A DNA stretch of 64,000 nt from Nemertoderma westbladi. Taxonomy: Eukaryota > Animalia > Xenacoelomorpha. Of this stretch, positions 15,001-30,000 are shown piece after piece. The translations under genes and the position numbers were made by a program. The DNA is taken from assembly GCA_032718475.1 (NCBI GenBank), contig JAUCBJ010000276.1:39485-103484 (forward strand). Reading direction: 5' to 3'. Below the pieces are notes generated by a model that did not search any database, was not told the origin of the DNA, and saw nothing but the letters and a program-made list of their open reading frames with translations. Position 1 is the stretch's first letter. The number at the start of each line of letters is the position of its first letter.

Positions 15001-18000
15001 ATAGCCAGTCTAAGCAAACAGAGACAATATTATTGTGGTACTAGATGTTCTTTGTAGATAATAGCCAGTCTAAGCAAACAGAGACAATATTATTGTGGTA
15101 CCAGAGGTTCTTTAAAGATAATAGCCAGTCTAAGCAAACAGAGACAATATTATTGTGGTACCGGTACCAGATGTTCTTTGTAGAAAATAGCCAGTCTAAG
15201 CAAACAGAGACAATATTATTGTGGTACCAGAGGTTCTTTAAAGATAATAGCCAGTCTAAGCAAACAGAGACAATATTATTGTGGTACCAGATGTTCTTTG
15301 TAGATAATAGCCAATCTAAGCAAACAGAGATCATATTATTGTGGTACCAGATGTTCTTTGTAGATAATAGCCAGTCTAAGCAAACAGAGACAATATTATT
15401 GTGGTACCAGAGGTTCTTTAAAGATAATAGCCAGTCTAAGCAAACAGAGACAATATTATTGTGGTACCAGAGGTTCTTTAAAGATAATAGCCAGTCTAAG
15501 CAAACAGAGACAATTTTATTGTGATACCAGATGTTCTTTGTAGATAATAGCCATTCTAAGCAAACATAGACAATATTATTGTGGTAACAGACGATCTTTG
15601 TAAATAATAGCCAGTCTAAGCAAACAGAGACAATATTATTGTGGTACCAGAGGTTATTTAAAGATAATAGCCAGTCTAAGCAAACAGAGACAATATTATT
15701 GTGGTACCAGAGGTTCTTTAAAGATAATAGCCAGTCTAAGAAAACAGAGACAATATTATTGTGGTACCAGATGTTCTTTGTAGATAATAGCCAATCTAAG
15801 CAAACAAAGACAATATTATTGTGGTACCAGAGGTTCTTTAAAGATAATAGCCAGTCTAAGCAAACAGAGACAATATTATTGTGGTACCAGAGGTTCTTTA
15901 AAGATAATTGCCAGTCTAAGCAAACAGAGACAATATTATTGTGGTACCAGATGTTCTTTGTAGATAATAGCCAATCTAAGCAAACAGAGACAATATTATT
16001 GTGGTACCAGAGGTTCTTTAAAGATAATAGCCAGTCTAAGCAAACAGAGACAATATTATTGTAGTACCAGAGGTTCTTTAAAGATAATAGCCAGTCTAAG
16101 CAAACAGAGACAATATTATTGTGGTACCAGAGGTTCTTTAAAGATAATAGCCAGTCTAAGCAAACAGAGACAATATTATTGTTGTACCAGATGTTCTTTG
16201 TAGATAATAGCCATTCTAAGCAAACACAGACAATATTATTATGGTAACAGACAATCTTTGTAAATAATAGCCAGTCTAAGCAAACAGAGACAATATTATT
16301 GTGGTACCAGAGGTTCTTTGTAGATAATAGACAGTCTAAGAAAACAGAGACAATATTATTGTGGTACAAGAGGTTCTTTGTAGATAATAGCTAATCTAAG
16401 CAAACAGAGACAATATTATTGTGGTACCAGATGTTCTTTGTAGATAATAGCCATTCTAAGCAAACACAGACAATATTATTATGGTAACAGACAATCTTTG
16501 TAAATAATAACCAATCTAAGCAAACAGAGACAATATTATTGTGGTACCAGAGGTTCTTTGTAGATAATAGACAGTCTAAGAAAACAGAGACAATATTATT
16601 GTGGTACAAGAGGTTCTTTGTAGATAATAGCTAATCTAAGCAAACAGAGACAATATTATTGTGGTACCAGAGGTTCTTTGTAGATAATAGCCAGTCTAAG
16701 CAAACAGAGACAATATTATTGTGGTACTAAAGGTTCTTTGTAGATAATAGCCAGTCTAAGCAAACAGAGACAATAATATTGTGGTACCAGAGGTTCTTTA
16801 AAGATAATAGCCAATCTAAGCAAACAGAGACAATATTATTGTGGTACCAGATGTTCTTTGTAGATAATAGCCAGTCTAAGCAATCAGAGACAATATTATT
16901 GTGGTACCAGATGTTCTTTGTAGATAATAGCCAGTCTAAGCAAACAGAGACAATATTATTGTGGTACTAAAGGTTCTTTGTAGATAATAGACAGTCTAAG
17001 CAAACAGAGACAATAATATTGTGGTACCAGAGGTTCTTTGTAGATAATAGCCAGTCTAAGCAAACAGAGACAATATTATTGTGGTACTAAAGGTTCTTTG
17101 TAGATAATAGACAGTCTAAGCAAACAGAGACAATAATATTGTGGTACCAGAGGTTCTTTAAAGATAATAGCCAATCTAAGCAAACAGAGACAATATTATT
17201 GTGGTACCAGAGGTTCTTTAAAGATAATAGCCAGTCTAAGCAAACAGAGACAATATTATTGTGGTACTAAAGGTTCTTTGTAGATAATAGACAGTCTAAG
17301 CAAACAGAGACAATAATATTGTGGTACCAGAGGTTCTTTAAAGATAATAGCCAATCTAAGCAAACAGAGACAATATTATTGTGGTACCAGAGGTTCTTTG
17401 TAGATAATAGCCAGTCTAAGCAAACAGAGACAATATCATTGCGGTACCAGAGGTTCTTTGTAGATAATAGCCAGTCTAAGCAAACAGAGACAATATTATT
17501 GTGGTACTAAAGGTTCTTTGTAGATAATAGCCAATCTAAGCAAACAGAGACAATATTATTGTGGCACCAGAGGTTCTTTGTGGATAATAGCCAGTCTAAG
17601 CAAACAGAGACAATATTATTGTGGTACCAGAGGTTCTTTGTAGATAATAGCCAGTCTAAGCAAACAGAGACAATATTATTGTGGTACCAGAGGTTCTTTG
17701 TAGATAATAGCCAGTCTAAGCAAACAGAGACAATATTATTGTGGTACTAAAGGTTCTTTGTAGATAATAGCCAGTCTAAGCAAACAGAGACAATAATATT
17801 GTGGTACCAGAGGTTCTTTAAAGATAATAGCCAATCTAAGCAAACAGAGACAATATTATTGTGGTACCAGAGGTTCTTTAAAGATAATAGCCAGTCTAAG
17901 CAAACAGAGACAATATTATTGTGGTACTAAAGTTTCTTTGTAGATAATAGCCAGTCTAAGCAAACAGAGACAATATTATTGTGGTACCAGAGGTTCTTTG

Positions 18001-21000
18001 TAGATAATAGCCAATCTAAGCAAACAGAGACAATATTATTGTGGAACCAGAGGTTCTTTGTAGATAATAGCCAGTCTAAGCAAACAGAGACAATATTATT
18101 GTGGTACTAGATGTTCTTTGTAGATAATAGCCAGTCTAAGCAAACAGAGACAATATTATTGTGGTACCAGAGGTTCTTTAAAGATAATAGCCAGTCTAAG
18201 CAAACAGAGACAATATTATTGTGGTACCGGTACCAGATGTTCTTTGTAGAAAATAGCCAGTCTAAGCAAACAGAGACAATATTATTGTGGTACCAGAGGT
18301 TCTTTAAAGATAATAGCCAGTCTAAGCAAACAGAGACAATATTATTGTGGTACCAGATGTTCTTTGTAGATAATAGCCAATCTAAGCAAACAGAGATCAT
18401 ATTATTGTGGTACCAGATGTTCTTTGTAGATAATAGCCAGTCTAAGCAAACAGAGACAATATTATTGTGGTACCAGAGGTTCTTTAAAGATAATAGCCAG
18501 TCTAAGCAAACAGAGACAATATTATTGTGGTACCAGAGGTTCTTTAAAGATAATAGCCAGTCTAAGCAAACAGAGACAATTTTATTGTGATACCAGATGT
18601 TCTTTGTAGATAATAGCCATTCTAAGCAAACATAGACAATATTATTGTGGTAACAGACGATCTTTGTAAATAATAGCCAGTCTAAGCAAACAGAGACAAT
18701 ATTATTGTGGTACCAGAGGTTATTTAAAGATAATAGCCAGTCTAAGCAAACAGAGACAATATTATTGTGGTACCAGAGGTTCTTTAAAGATAATAGCCAG
18801 TCTAAGAAAACAGAGACAATATTATTGTGGTACCAGATGTTCTTTGTAGATAATAGCCAATCTAAGCAAACAAAGACAATATTATTGTGGTACCAGAGGT
18901 TCTTTAAAGATAATAGCCAGTCTAAGCAAACAGAGACAATATTATTGTGGTACCAGAGGTTCTTTAAAGATAATAGCCAGTCTAAGCAAACAGAGACAAT
19001 ATTATTGTGGTACCAGATGTTCTTTGTAGATAATAGCCAATCTAAGCAAACAGAGACAATATTATTGTGGTACCAGAGGTTCTTTAAAGATAATAGCCAG
19101 TCTAAGCAAACAGAGACAATATTATTGTAGTACCAGAGGTTCTTTAAAGATAATAGCCAGTCTAAGCAAACAGAGACAATATTATTGTGGTACCAGAGGT
19201 TCTTTAAAGATAATAGCCAGTCTAAGCAAACAGAGACAATATTATTGTTGTACCAGATGTTCTTTGTAGATAATAGCCATTCTAAGCAAACACAGACAAT
19301 ATTATTATGGTAACAGACAATCTTTGTAAATAATAGCCAGTCTAAGCAAACAGAGACAATATTATTGTGGTACCAGAGGTTCTTTGTAGATAATAGACAG
19401 TCTAAGAAAACAGAGACAATATTATTGTGGTACAAGAGGTTCTTTGTAGATAATAGCTAATCTAAGCAAACAGAGACAATATTATTGTGGTACCAGATGT
19501 TCTTTGTAGATAATAGCCATTCTAAGCAAACACAGACAATATTATTATGGTAACAGACAATCTTTGTAAATAATAACCAATCTAAGCAAACAGAGACAAT
19601 ATTATTGTGGTACCAGAGGTTCTTTGTAGATAATAGACAGTCTAAGAAAACAGAGACAATATTATTGTGGTACAAGAGGTTCTTTGTAGATAATAGCTAA
19701 TCTAAGCAAACAGAGACAATATTATTGTGGTACCAGAGGTTCTTTGTAGATAATAGCCAGTCTAAGCAAACAGAGACAATATTATTGTGGTACTAAAGGT
19801 TCTTTGTAGATAATAGCCAGTCTAAGCAAACAGAGACAATAATATTGTGGTACCAGAGGTTCTTTAAAGATAATAGCCAATCTAAGCAAACAGAGACAAT
19901 ATTATTGTGGTACCAGATGTTCTTTGTAGATAATAGCCAGTCTAAGCAATCAGAGACAATATTATTGTGGTACCAGATGTTCTTTGTAGATAATAGCCAG
20001 TCTAAGCAAACAGAGACAATATTATTGTGGTACCAGAGGTTCTTTAAAGATAACAGCCAATCTAAGCAAACAGAGACAATATTATTGTGGTACTAAAGTT
20101 TCTTTGTAGATAATAGCCAGTCTAAGCAAACAGAGACAATATTATTGTGGTACCAGAGGTTCTTTGTAGATAATAGCCAATCTAAGCAAACAGAGACAAT
20201 ATTATTGTGGAACCAGAGGTTCTTTGTAGATAATAGCCAGTCTAAGCAAACAGAGACAATATTATTGTGGTACCAGATGTTCTTTGTAGATAATAGCCAG
20301 TCTAAGCAAACAGAGACAATATTATTGTGGTACCAGAGGTTCTTTAAAGATAATAGCCAGTCTAAGCAAACAGAGACAATATTATTGTGGTACCAGATGT
20401 TCTTTGTAGATAATAGCCAGTCTAAGCAAACAGAAACAATATTATTGTGGTACCAGAGGTTCTTTAAAGATAATAGCCAGTCTAAGCAAACAGAGACAAT
20501 ATTATTGGGGTACCAGATGTTCTTTGTAGATAATAGCCAATCTAAGCAAACAGAGATCATATTATTGTGGTACCAGATGTTCTTTGTAGATAATAGCCAG
20601 TCTAAGCAAACAGAGACAATATTATTGTGGTACCAGAGGTTCTTTAAAGATAATAGCCAGTCTAAGCAAACAGAGACAATATTATTGTGGTACCAGAGGT
20701 TCTTTAAAAATAATAGCCAGTCTAAGCAAACAGAGACAATTTTATTGTGATACCAGATGTTCTTTGTAGATAATAGCCAATCTAAGCAAATACAGACAAT
20801 ATTATTGTGGTAACAGACGATCTTTGTAAATAATAGCCAGTCTAAGCAAACAGAAACAATATTATTGTGGTACCAGAGGTTCTTTAAAGATAATAGCCAG
20901 TCTAAGCAAACAGAGACAATATTATTGTGGTACCAGAGGTTCTTTAAAGATAATAGCCAGTCTAAGCAAACAGAGACAATATTATTGTGGTACCAGAGGT

Positions 21001-24000
21001 TCTTTAAAGATAATAGCCAGTCTAAGCAAACACAGACAATATTATTGTGGTACCAGACGATCTTTGTAAATAATACCCAGTCTAAGCAAACAGAGACATA
21101 TTATTGTGGTACCAGATGTTCTTTGTAGATAATAGACAGTCTAAGCAAACAGAGACAATATTATTGTGGTACCAGATGTTCTTTGTAGATAATAGCCCGT
21201 CTAAGCAAACAGAGACAATATTATTGTGGTACCAGATGTTCTTTGTAGATAATAGCCAATCTAAGCAAACAGAGATAATATTATTGTGGTACCAGATGTT
21301 CTTTGTAGATAATAGCCAGTCTAAGCAAACAGAGATAATATTATTGTGGTACCAGATGTTCTTTGTAGATAATAGCCAGTGTAAGCAAACAGAGACAATA
21401 TTATTGTGGTACCAGATGTTCTTTGTAGATAATAGACAGTCTAAGAAAGCAGAGACAATATTATTGTGGTACCAGATGTTCTTTGTAGATAATAGCCAGT
21501 CTAAGCAAACAGAGAAAATATTATTGTGGTACCAGATGTTCTTTGTAGATAATAGCCAATCTAAGCAAACAGAGATAATATTATTGTGGTACCAGATGTT
21601 CTTTGTAGATAATAGCCAGTCTAAGCAAACAGAGACAATATTATTGTGGTACCAGATGTTCTTTGTAGATAATAGCCAGTCTAAGCAAACAGAGAAAATA
21701 TTATTGTGGTACCAGATGTTCTTTGTAGATAATAGCCAATCTAAGCAAACAGAGATAATATTATTGTGGTACCAGATGTTCTTTGTAGATAATAGCCAGT
21801 CTAAGCAAACAGAGACAATATTATTGTGGTACCAGATGTTCTTTGTAGATAATAGACAGTCTAAGCAAACAGAGACAATATTATTGTGGAACCAGAGGTT
21901 CTTTGTAGATAATAGCCAATCTAAGCAAACAGAGACAATATTATTGTGGTACCAGAGGTTCTTTAAAGATAATAGCCAGTCTAAGCAAACAGAGACAATA
22001 TTATTGTGGTACTAAAGTTTCTTTGTAGATAATAGCCAGTCTAAGCAAACAGAGACAATATTATTGTGGTACCAGAGGTTCTTTGTAGATAATAGCCAAT
22101 CTAAGCAAACAGAGACAATATTATTGTGGAACCAGAGGTTCTTTGTAGATAATAGCCAGTCTAAGCAAACAGAGACAATATTATTGTGGTACCAGAGGTT
22201 CTTTGTAGATAATAGCCAGTCTAAGCAAACAGAGACAATATTATTGTGGTACTAGATGTTCTTTGTAGATAATAGCCAGTCTAAGCAAACAGAGACAATA
22301 TTATTGTGGTACCAGAGGTTCTTTAAAGATAATAGCCAGTCTAAGCAAACAGAGACAATATTATTGTGGTACCAGATGTTCTTTGTAGATAATAGCCAAT
22401 CTAAGCAAACAGAGATCATATTATTGTGGTACCAGATGTTCTTTGTAGATAATAGCCAGTCTAAGCAAACAGAGACAATATTATTGTGGTACCAGAGGTT
22501 CTTTAAAGATAATAGCCAGTCTAAGCAAACAGAGACAATATTATTGTGGTACCAGAGGTTCTTTAAAGATAATAGCCAGTCTAAGCAAACAGAGACAATT
22601 TTATTGTGATACCAGATGTTCTTTGTAGATAATAGCCATTCTAAGCAAACACAGACAATATTATTGTGGTAACAGACGATCTTTGTAAATAATAGCCAGT
22701 CTAAGCAAACAGAGACAATATTATTGTGGTACCAGAGGTTATTTAAAGATAATAGCCAGTCTAAGCAAACAGAGGCAATATTATTGTGGTACCAGAGGTT
22801 CTTTAAAGATAATAGCCAGTCTAAGAAAACAGAGACAATATTATTGTGGTACCAGATGTTCTTTGTAGATAATAGCCAATCTAAGCAAACAAAGACAATA
22901 TTATTGTGGTACCAGAGGTTCTTTAAAGATAATAGCCAGTCTAAGCAAACAGAGACAATATTATTGTGGTACCAGAGGTTCTTTAAAGATAATAGCCAGT
23001 CTAAGCAAACAGAGACAATATTATTGTGGTACCAGATGTTCTTTGTAGATAATAGCCAATCTAAGCAAACAGAGACAATATTATTGTGGTACCAGAGGTT
23101 CTTTAAAGATAATAGCCAGTCTAAGCAAACAGAGACAATATTATTGTAGTACCAGAGGTTCTTTAAAGATAATAGCCAGTCTAAGCAAACAGAGACAATA
23201 TTATTGTGGTACCAGAGGTTCTTTGTAGATAATAGCCAGTCTAAGCAAACAGAGACAATATTATTGTGGTACCAGAGGTTCTTTGTAGATAATAGCCAGT
23301 CTAAGCAAACAGAGACAATATTATTATGGTAACAGACAATCTTTGTAAATAATAGCCAGTCTAAGCAAACAGAGACAATATTATTGTAGTACCAGAGGTT
23401 CTTTAAAGATAATAGCCAGTCTAAGCAAACAGAGACAATATTATTGTGGTACCAGAGGTTCTTTGTAGATAATAGACAGTCTAAGAAAACAGAGACAATA
23501 TTATTGTGGTACAAGAGGTTCTTTGTAGATAATAACCAATCTAAGCAAACAGAGACAATATTATTGTGGTACCAGAGGTTCTTTGTAGATAATAGACAGT
23601 CTAAGAAAACAGAGACAATATTATTGTGGTACAAGAGGTTCTTTGTAGATAATAGCTAATCTAAGCAAACAGAGACAATATTATTGTGGTACCAGAGGTT
23701 CTTTGTAGATAATAGCCAGTCTAAGCAAACAGAGACAATATTATTGTGGTACTAAAGGTTCTTTGTAGATAATAGCCAGTCTAAGCAAACAGAGACAATA
23801 ATATTGTGGTACCAGAGGTTCTTTAAAGATAATAGCCAATCTAAGCAAACAGAGACAATATTATTGTGGTACCAGATGTTCTTTGTAGATAATAGCCAGT
23901 CTAAGCAATCAGAGACAATATTATTGTGGTACCAGATGTTCTTTATAGATAATAGCCAGTCTAAGCAAACAGAGACAATATTATTGTGGTACCAGAGGTT

Positions 24001-27000
24001 CTTTAAAGATAACAGCCAATCTAAGCAAACAGAGACAATATTATTGTGGTACTAAAGTTTCTTTGTAGATAATAGCCAGTCTAAGCAAACAGAGACAATA
24101 TTATTGTGGTACCAGAGGTTCTTTGTAGATAATAGCCAATCTAAGCAAACAGAGACAATATTATTGTGGAACCAGAGGTTCTTTGTAGATAATAGCCAGT
24201 CTAAGCAAACAGAGACAATATTATTGTGGTACCAGATGTTCTTTGTAGATAATAGCCAGTCTAAGCAAACAGAGACAATATTATTGTGGTACCAGAGGTT
24301 CTTTAAAGATAATAACCAGTCTAAGCAAACAGAGACAATATTATTGTGGTACCAGATGTTCTTTGTAGATAATAGCCAGTCTAAGCAAACAGAAACAATA
24401 TTATTGTGGTACCAGAGGTTCTTTAAAGATAATAGCCAGTCTAAGCAAACAGAGACAATATTATTGGGGTACCAGATGTTCTTTGTAGATAATAGCCAAT
24501 CTAAGCAAACAGAGATCATATTATTGTGGTACCAGATGTTCTTTGTAGATAATAGCCAGTCTAAGCAAACAGAGACAATATTATTGTGGTACCAGAGGTT
24601 CTTTAAAGATAATAGCCAGTCTAAGCAAACAGAGACAATATTATTGTTATACCAGAGGTTCTTTAAAAATAATAGCCAGTCTAAGCAAACAGAGACAATT
24701 TTATTGTGATACCAGATGTTCTTTGTAGATAATAGCCAATCTAAGCAAACACAGACAATATTATTGTGGTAACAGACGATCTTTGTAAATAATAGCCAGT
24801 CTAAGCAAACAGAAACAATATTATTGTGGTACCAGAGGTTCTTTAAAGATAATAGCCAGTCTAAGCAAACAGAGACAATATTATTGTGGTACCAGAGGTT
24901 CTTTAAAGATAATAGCCAGTCTAAGCAAACAGAGACAATATTATTGTGGTACCAGAGGTTCTTTAAAGATAATAGCCAGTCTAAGCAAACACAGACAATA
25001 TTATTGTGGTACCAGACGATCTTTGTAAATAATACCCAGTCTAAGCAAACAGAGACATATTATTGTGGTACCAGATGTTCTTTGTAGATAATAGACAGTC
25101 TAAGCAAACAGAGACAATATTATTGTGGTACCAGATGTTCTTTGTAGATAATAGCCAGTCTAAGCAAACAGAGACAATATTATTGTGGTACCAGAGGTTC
25201 TTTAAAGATAATAGCCAGTCTAAGCAAACAGAGACAATATTATTGTGGTACCAGAGGTTCTTTAAAGATAATAGCCAGTCTAAGCAAACAGAGACAATAT
25301 TATTGTGGTACCAGAGGTTCTTTAAAAATAATAGCCAGTCTAAGCAAACAGAGACAATTTTATTGTGATACCAGATGTTCTTTGTAGATAATAGCCAATC
25401 TAAGCAAATACAGACAATATTATTGTGGTAACAGACGATCTTTGTAAATAATAGCCAGTCTAAGCAAACAGATACAATATTATTGTGGTACCAGAGGTTC
25501 TTTGTAGATAATAGCCAGTCTAAGCAAACAGAAACAATATTATTGTGGTACCAGAGGTTCTTTAAAGATAATAGCCAGTCTAAGCAAACAGAGACAATAT
25601 TATTGTGGTACCAGAGGTTCTTTAAAGATAATAGCCAGTCTAAGCAAACAGAGACAATATTATTGTGGTACCAGGGGTTCTTTAAAGATAATAGCCAGTC
25701 TAAGCAAACACAGACAATATTATTGTGGTACCAGACGATCTTTGTAAATAATACCCAGTCTAAGCAAACAGAGACATATTATTGTGGTACCAGATGTTCT
25801 TTGTAGATAATAGACAGTCTAAGCAAACAGAGACAATATTATTGTGGTACCAGATGTTCTTTGTAGATAATAGCCCGTCTAAGCAAACAGAGACAATATT
25901 ATTGTGGTACCAGATGTTCTTTGTAGATAATAGCCAATCTAAGCAAACAGAGATAATATTATTGTGGTACCAGATGTTCTTTGTAGATAATAGCCAGTCT
26001 AAGCAAACAGAGATAATATTATTGTGGTACCAGATGTTCTTTGTAGATAATAGCCAGTGTAAGCAAACAGAGACAATATTATTGTGGTACCAGATGTTCT
26101 TTGTAGATAATAGACAGTCTAAGAAAGCAGAGACAATATTATTGTGGTACCAGATGTTCTTTGTAGATAATAGCCAGTCTAAGCAAACAGAGAAAATATT
26201 ATTGTGGTACCAGATGTTCTTTGTAGATAATAGCCAATCTAAGCAAACAGAGATAATATTATTGTGGTACCAGAGGTTCTTTGTAGATAATAGCTAGTCT
26301 AAGCAAACAGAGACAATATTATTGTGGTACCAGATGTTCTTTGTAGATAATAGCTAGTCTAAGCAAACAGAGACAATATTATTGTGGTACCAGATGTTCT
26401 TTGTAGATAATAGCCAGTCTAAGCAAACAGAGACAATATTATTGTGGTACCAGATGTTCTTTGTAGATAATAGCCAGTCTAAGCAAACAGAGAAAATATT
26501 ATTGTGGTACCAGAGGTTCTTTGTAGATAATAGCCAGTCTAAGCAAACAGAGACAATATTATTGTGGTACCAGATGTTCTTTGTAGATAATAGCCGGTCT
26601 AAGCAAACAGATACAATATTATTGTGGTACCAGATGTTCTTTGTAGATAATAGCCAATCTAAGCAAACAAAGACAATATTATTGTGGTACCAGATGTTCT
26701 TTGTAGATAATAGCCAGTCTAAGCAAACAGATACAATATTATTGTGGTACCAGATGTTCTTTGTAGATAATAGACAGTCTAAGCAAACAGAGACAATATT
26801 ATTGTGGAACCAGAGGTTCTTTGTAGATAATAGCCAATCTAAGCAAACAGAGACAATATTATTGTGGTACCAGAGGTTCTTTAAAGATAATAGCCAGTCT
26901 AAGCAAACAGAGACAATATTATTGTGGTACTAAAGTTTCTTTGTAGATAATAGCCAGTCTAAGCAAACAGAGACAATATTATTGTGGTACCAGAGGTTCT

Positions 27001-30000
27001 TTGTAGATAATAGCCAATCTAAGCAAACAGAGACAATATTATTGTGGAACCAGAGGTTCTTTGTAGATAATAGCCAGTCTAAGCAAACAGAGACAATATT
27101 ATTGTGGTACCAGAGGTTCTTTGTAGATAATAGCCAGTCTAAGCAAACAGAGACAATATTATTGTGGTACTAGATGTTCTTTGTAGATAATAGCCAGTCT
27201 AAGCAAACAGAGACAATATTATTGTGGTACCAGAGGTTCTTTAAAGATAATAGCCAGTCTAAGCAAACAGAGACAATATTATTGTGGTACCGGTACCAGA
27301 TGTTCTTTGTAGAAAATAGCCAGTCTAAGCAAACAGAGACAATATTATTGTGGTACCAGAGGTTCTTTAAAGATAATAGCCAGTCTAAGCAAACAGAGAC
27401 AATATTATTGTGGTACCAGATGTTCTTTGTAGATAATAGCCAATCTAAGCAAACAGAGATCATATTATTGTGGTACCAGATGTTCTTTGTAGATAATAGC
27501 CAGTCTAAGCAAACAGAGACAATATTATTGTGGTACCAGAGGTTCTTTAAAGATAATAGCCAGTCTAAGCAAACAGAGACAATATTATTGTGGTACCAGA
27601 GGTTCTTTAAAGATAATAGCCAGTCTAAGCAAACAGAGACAATTTTATTGTGATACCAGATGTTCTTTGTAGATAATAGCCATTCTAAGCAAACACAGAC
27701 AATATTATTGTGGTAACAGACGATCTTTGTAAATAATAGCCAGTCTAAGCAAACAGAGACAATATTATTGTGGTACCAGAGGTTATTTAAAGATAATAGC
27801 CAGTCTAAGCAAACAGAGACAATATTATTGTGGTACCAGAGGTTCTTTAAAGATAATAGCCAGTCTAAGAAAACAGAGACAATATTATTGTGGTACCAGA
27901 TGTTCTTTGTAGATAATAGCCAATCTAAGCAAACAAAGACAATATTATTGTGGTACCAGAGGTTCTTTAAAGATAATAGCCAGTCTAAGCAAACAGAGAC
28001 AATATTATTGTGGTACCAGAGGTTCTTTAAAGATAATAGCCAGTCTAAGCAAACAGAGACAATATTATTGTGGTACCAGATGTTCTTTGTAGATAATAGC
28101 CAATCTAAGCAAACAGAGACAATATTATTGTGGTACCAGAGGTTCTTTAAAGATAATAGCCAGTCTAAGCAAACAGAGACAATATTATTGTAGTACCAGA
28201 GGTTCTTTAAAGATAATAGCCAGTCTAAGCAAACAGAGACAATATTATTGTGGTACCAGAGGTTCTTTAAAGATAATAGCCAGTCTAAGCAAACAGAGAC
28301 AATATTATTGTTGTACCAGATGTTCTTTGTAGATAATAGCCATTCTAAGCAAACACAGACAATATTATTATGGTAACAGACAATCTTTGTAAATAATAGC
28401 CAGTCTAAGCAAACAGAGACAATATTATTGTGGTACCAGAGGTTCTTTGTAGATAATAGACAGTCTAAGAAAACAGAGACAATATTATTGTGGTACAAGA
28501 GGTTCTTTGTAGATAATAACCAATCTAAGCAAACAGAGACAATATTATTGTGGTACCAGAGGTTCTTTGTAGATAATAGACAGTCTAAGCAAACAGAGAC
28601 AATATTATTGTGGTACAAGAGGTTCTTTGTAGATAATAGCTAATCTAAGCAAACAGAGACAATATTATTGTGGTACCAGAGGTTCTTTGTAGATAATAGC
28701 CAGTCTAAGCAAACAGAGACAATATTATTGTGGTACCAGATGTTCTTTGTAGATAATAGCCAGTCTAAGCAAACAGAGACAATATTATTGTGGTACTAAA
28801 GGTTCTTTGTAGATAATAGCCAGTCTAAGCAAACAGAGACAATAATATTGTGGTACCAGAGGTTCTTTAAAGATAATAGCTAATCTAAGCAAACAGAGAC
28901 AATATTATTGTGGTACCAGATGTTCTTTGTAGATAATAGCCAGTCTAAGCAATCAGAGACAATATTATTGTGGTACCAGAGTGTTCTTTGTAGATAATAG
29001 CCAGTCTAAGCAAACAGAGACAATATTATTGTGGTACTAAAGGTTCTTTGTAGATAATAGCCAGTCTAAGCAAACAGAGACAATAATATTGTGGTACCAG
29101 AGGTTCTTTAAAGATAATAGCTAATCTAAGCAAACAGAGACAATATTATTGTGGTACCAGATGTTCTTTGTAGATAATAGCCAGTCTAAGCAATCAGAGA
29201 CAATATTATTGTGGTACCAGATGTTCTTTGTAAATAATAGCCAGTCTAAGAAAACAGAGACAATATTATTGTGGTACCAGATGTTCTTTGTAAATAATAG
29301 CCAGTCTAAGAAAACAGAGACAATATTATTGTGGTACCAGATGTTCTTTGTAGATAATAGCCAGTCTAAGCAAACAGAGACAATATTATTGTGGTACCAG
29401 AGGTTCTTTAAAGATAACAGCCAATCTAAGCAAACAGAGACAATATTATTGTGGTACTAAAGTTTCTTTGTAGATAATAGCCAGTCTAAGCAAACAGAGA
29501 CAATATTATTGTGGTACCAGAGGTTCTTTGTAGATAATAGCCAATCTAAGCAAACAGAGACAATATTATTGTGGAACCAGAGGTTCTTTGTAGATAATAG
29601 CCAGTCTAAGCAAACAGAGACAATATTATTGTGGTACCAGATGTTCTTTGTAGATAATAGCCAGTCTAAGCAAACAGAGACAATATTATTGTGGTACCAG
29701 AGGTTCTTTAAAGATAATAACCAGTCTAAGCAAACAGAGACAATATTATTGTGGTACCAGATGTTCTTTGTAGATAATAGCCAGTCTAAGCAAACAGAAA
29801 CAATATTATTGTGGTACCAGAGGTTCTTTAAAGATAATAGCCAGTCTAAGCAAACAGAGACAATATTATTGGGGTACCAGATGTTCTTTGTAGATAATAG
29901 CCAATCTAAGCAAACAGAGATCATATTATTGTGGTACCAGATGTTCTTTGTAGATAATAGCCAGTCTAAGCAAACAGAGACAATATTATTGTGGTACCAG